Part shown: positions 62,571 to 63,784 of the stretch, piece after piece
How positions within the stretch are numbered: position 1 is the first letter of the stretch
Layout of the letters: every line of letters begins with the position of its first letter
NCBI RefSeq assembly: GCF_001194135.2
Contig: NC_068988.1
Location: 55,117,767 to 55,181,550, forward strand
Direction of reading: 5' to 3'
Length of the DNA stretch: 63,784 bases
Origin: Octopus bimaculoides
Taxonomy: Eukaryota
Translations under genes and position numbers: made by a program
The notes under the pieces: generated by a model
What the model saw: only the letters and a program-made list of their open reading frames with translations
Told to the model about the DNA's origin: nothing
Database searches by the model: none

Positions 62571-62641
62571 CTTTATTTAAAAGCAGCAGAAATATAATAA
62601 AAAACAGTCTTTTGTTATATTTCTGCTGCTTTTAAATAAAG
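62571..62641. repeat. Perfect 27-bp inverted repeat with a 17-nt spacer, probably a collapsed MITE
   Basis: CTTTATTTAAAAGCAGCAGAAATATAA ... TTATATTTCTGCTGCTTTTAAATAAAG. Confidence 0.85.
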
Positions 62642-62704
62642 TGTATATGTATGTATGGCAGGTTTGTCTTTTGTAGAAATGTTATGATGTATATTTCATA
62701 TCTA

Positions 62705-63249
62705 CAGGGTGCAATGAGTAAATTGTTGTCATATTAAATTTATAATTTCACACATGTGCATTGTTTGTTTTTGATTTTGTTGACTACCCAATATAATAGG
62801 GTCAGCTGGGCACCCTCTGTGAGAAAAGCAGCACCATGATGCAATTCACTCTGCCAGAAATTTGGAAATGACATGCTGTATGCTTGGCATTTGTGCTGGA
62901 AGCTCCAATATGAACATCTCGGAGTGTTTGGGTGTCAATCTGAGGACATGTACTGAGAGTGATAAAAATCAAACATCCAGTCAACATCATGGTGTTTGGA
63001 GTGATCACTAGTGATGGCGATGTTATGCTTCCATTCATCTTCAAGGAATCTGCCCAGAAAAATTGCAAGAAGTTCTGCAGTCATCTGGAGGCCGTGGTTG
63101 AAACCAATGGTGATTTTATTGAATAAATTTACTCTTTAGTATTTCAAGATTTATTTATGTAATTTTGGTAAATATATCTGTTAAAATGAGATGTCAGTGT
63201 TATTTTCATTTTTGCGTAATTTAGATGACAGTTTATTCACCACACCCTG
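62705..63249 (+). mobile_element. Internally deleted Tc1/mariner (maT/DD37D-like) element
   Basis: TA|CAGGGTG...CACCCTG|TA. Remnants KHPVNIMVFGVITSDGDVMLPFIF and HLEAVVETNGDFIE*. Confidence 0.85.
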
Positions 63250-63589
63250 TATTTCATAAAAATCTATATCATAAATACATTCTTTTTAATCATTTTCTCC
63301 TATATACATAAAAAAAAACAAAAAAAAAGCAACAAAAACAAACAAAAAATCATTCTTTATGTATGTTGCTTTTCTTCTCTTTGAAGATAATTTCTGCTTG
63401 GTGAGTTATTTCTGCTGCGTCAAGAGATTTTTGCTTTTATTACTGTACCATATCCCTATCATAGCTTTTAGATTAGACAGTTTAAGTTTTAACCAATGAT
63501 ACACTGTTAACCAATATTATTAACTGCTATTGAATGCTGTAGTGCCTGATCTAAATAGCATTTGTTTTTGTATACATATAGCTTATAGG

Positions 63590-63745
63590 CACAGATGTGG
63601 CTCTGTGGTTGAGAAACTTGATTTCCAATCATAGGCTTGGGTTCAGTCCTACTGCGTGGCACCTTGAGCAAGTGTTTTCTATTGTAGCCTCAGGCCTTGT
63701 GAGTGGATTTGGTTTGTAGAAACTGAAAGGAGCCCATCTTGTAAG
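63590..63745 (+). mobile_element. SINE family A head, decayed
   Basis: GTGGCTCTGTGGTTGAGAAACTTG...GGGTTCAGTCCTACTGCGTGGCACCTTGAGCAAGTG. Confidence 0.75.
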
Positions 63746-63784
63746 TGTGTGTGTATGTACTCTTTTGTTGACATCACGTGATGT

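Overview
Eukaryotic, AT-rich, microsatellite-dense draft scaffold with ten N-gaps. The SINE/LINE/MITE content looks like an octopus (cephalopod) genome; this is an inference, not a database match. No prokaryotic-type system, CRISPR array or true tRNA/rRNA gene is supported. Two host genes are recognisable, on opposite strands and pointing away from each other. (1) A minus-strand SLC1A/EAAT (dicarboxylate/amino acid:cation symporter) gene is seen as one 1,949-nt exon (2248..300). It encodes a ~470-520 aa acidic Ser-rich N-terminal tail with a 59-aa tandem duplication, fused to TM1-TM3; the rest of the gene lies left of the window. (2) The start-codon exon of a Rho-associated kinase (ROCK, 38746..38844, +) is followed by an intron of at least ~25 kb with no exon 2 found. 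Most remaining sequence is mobile DNA: a mariner, a maT/Tc1 deletion derivative, a MULE remnant, hAT and TTAA MITEs, a Gypsy gag-pol relic inside an RTE LINE, a young solo LTR inside a MITE, a 5'-inverted (twin-priming-like) RTE insertion, other decayed LINEs and at least seven SINE-like families. CpG content alternates between rich and depleted domains. Most TE boundaries are approximate, read by eye.
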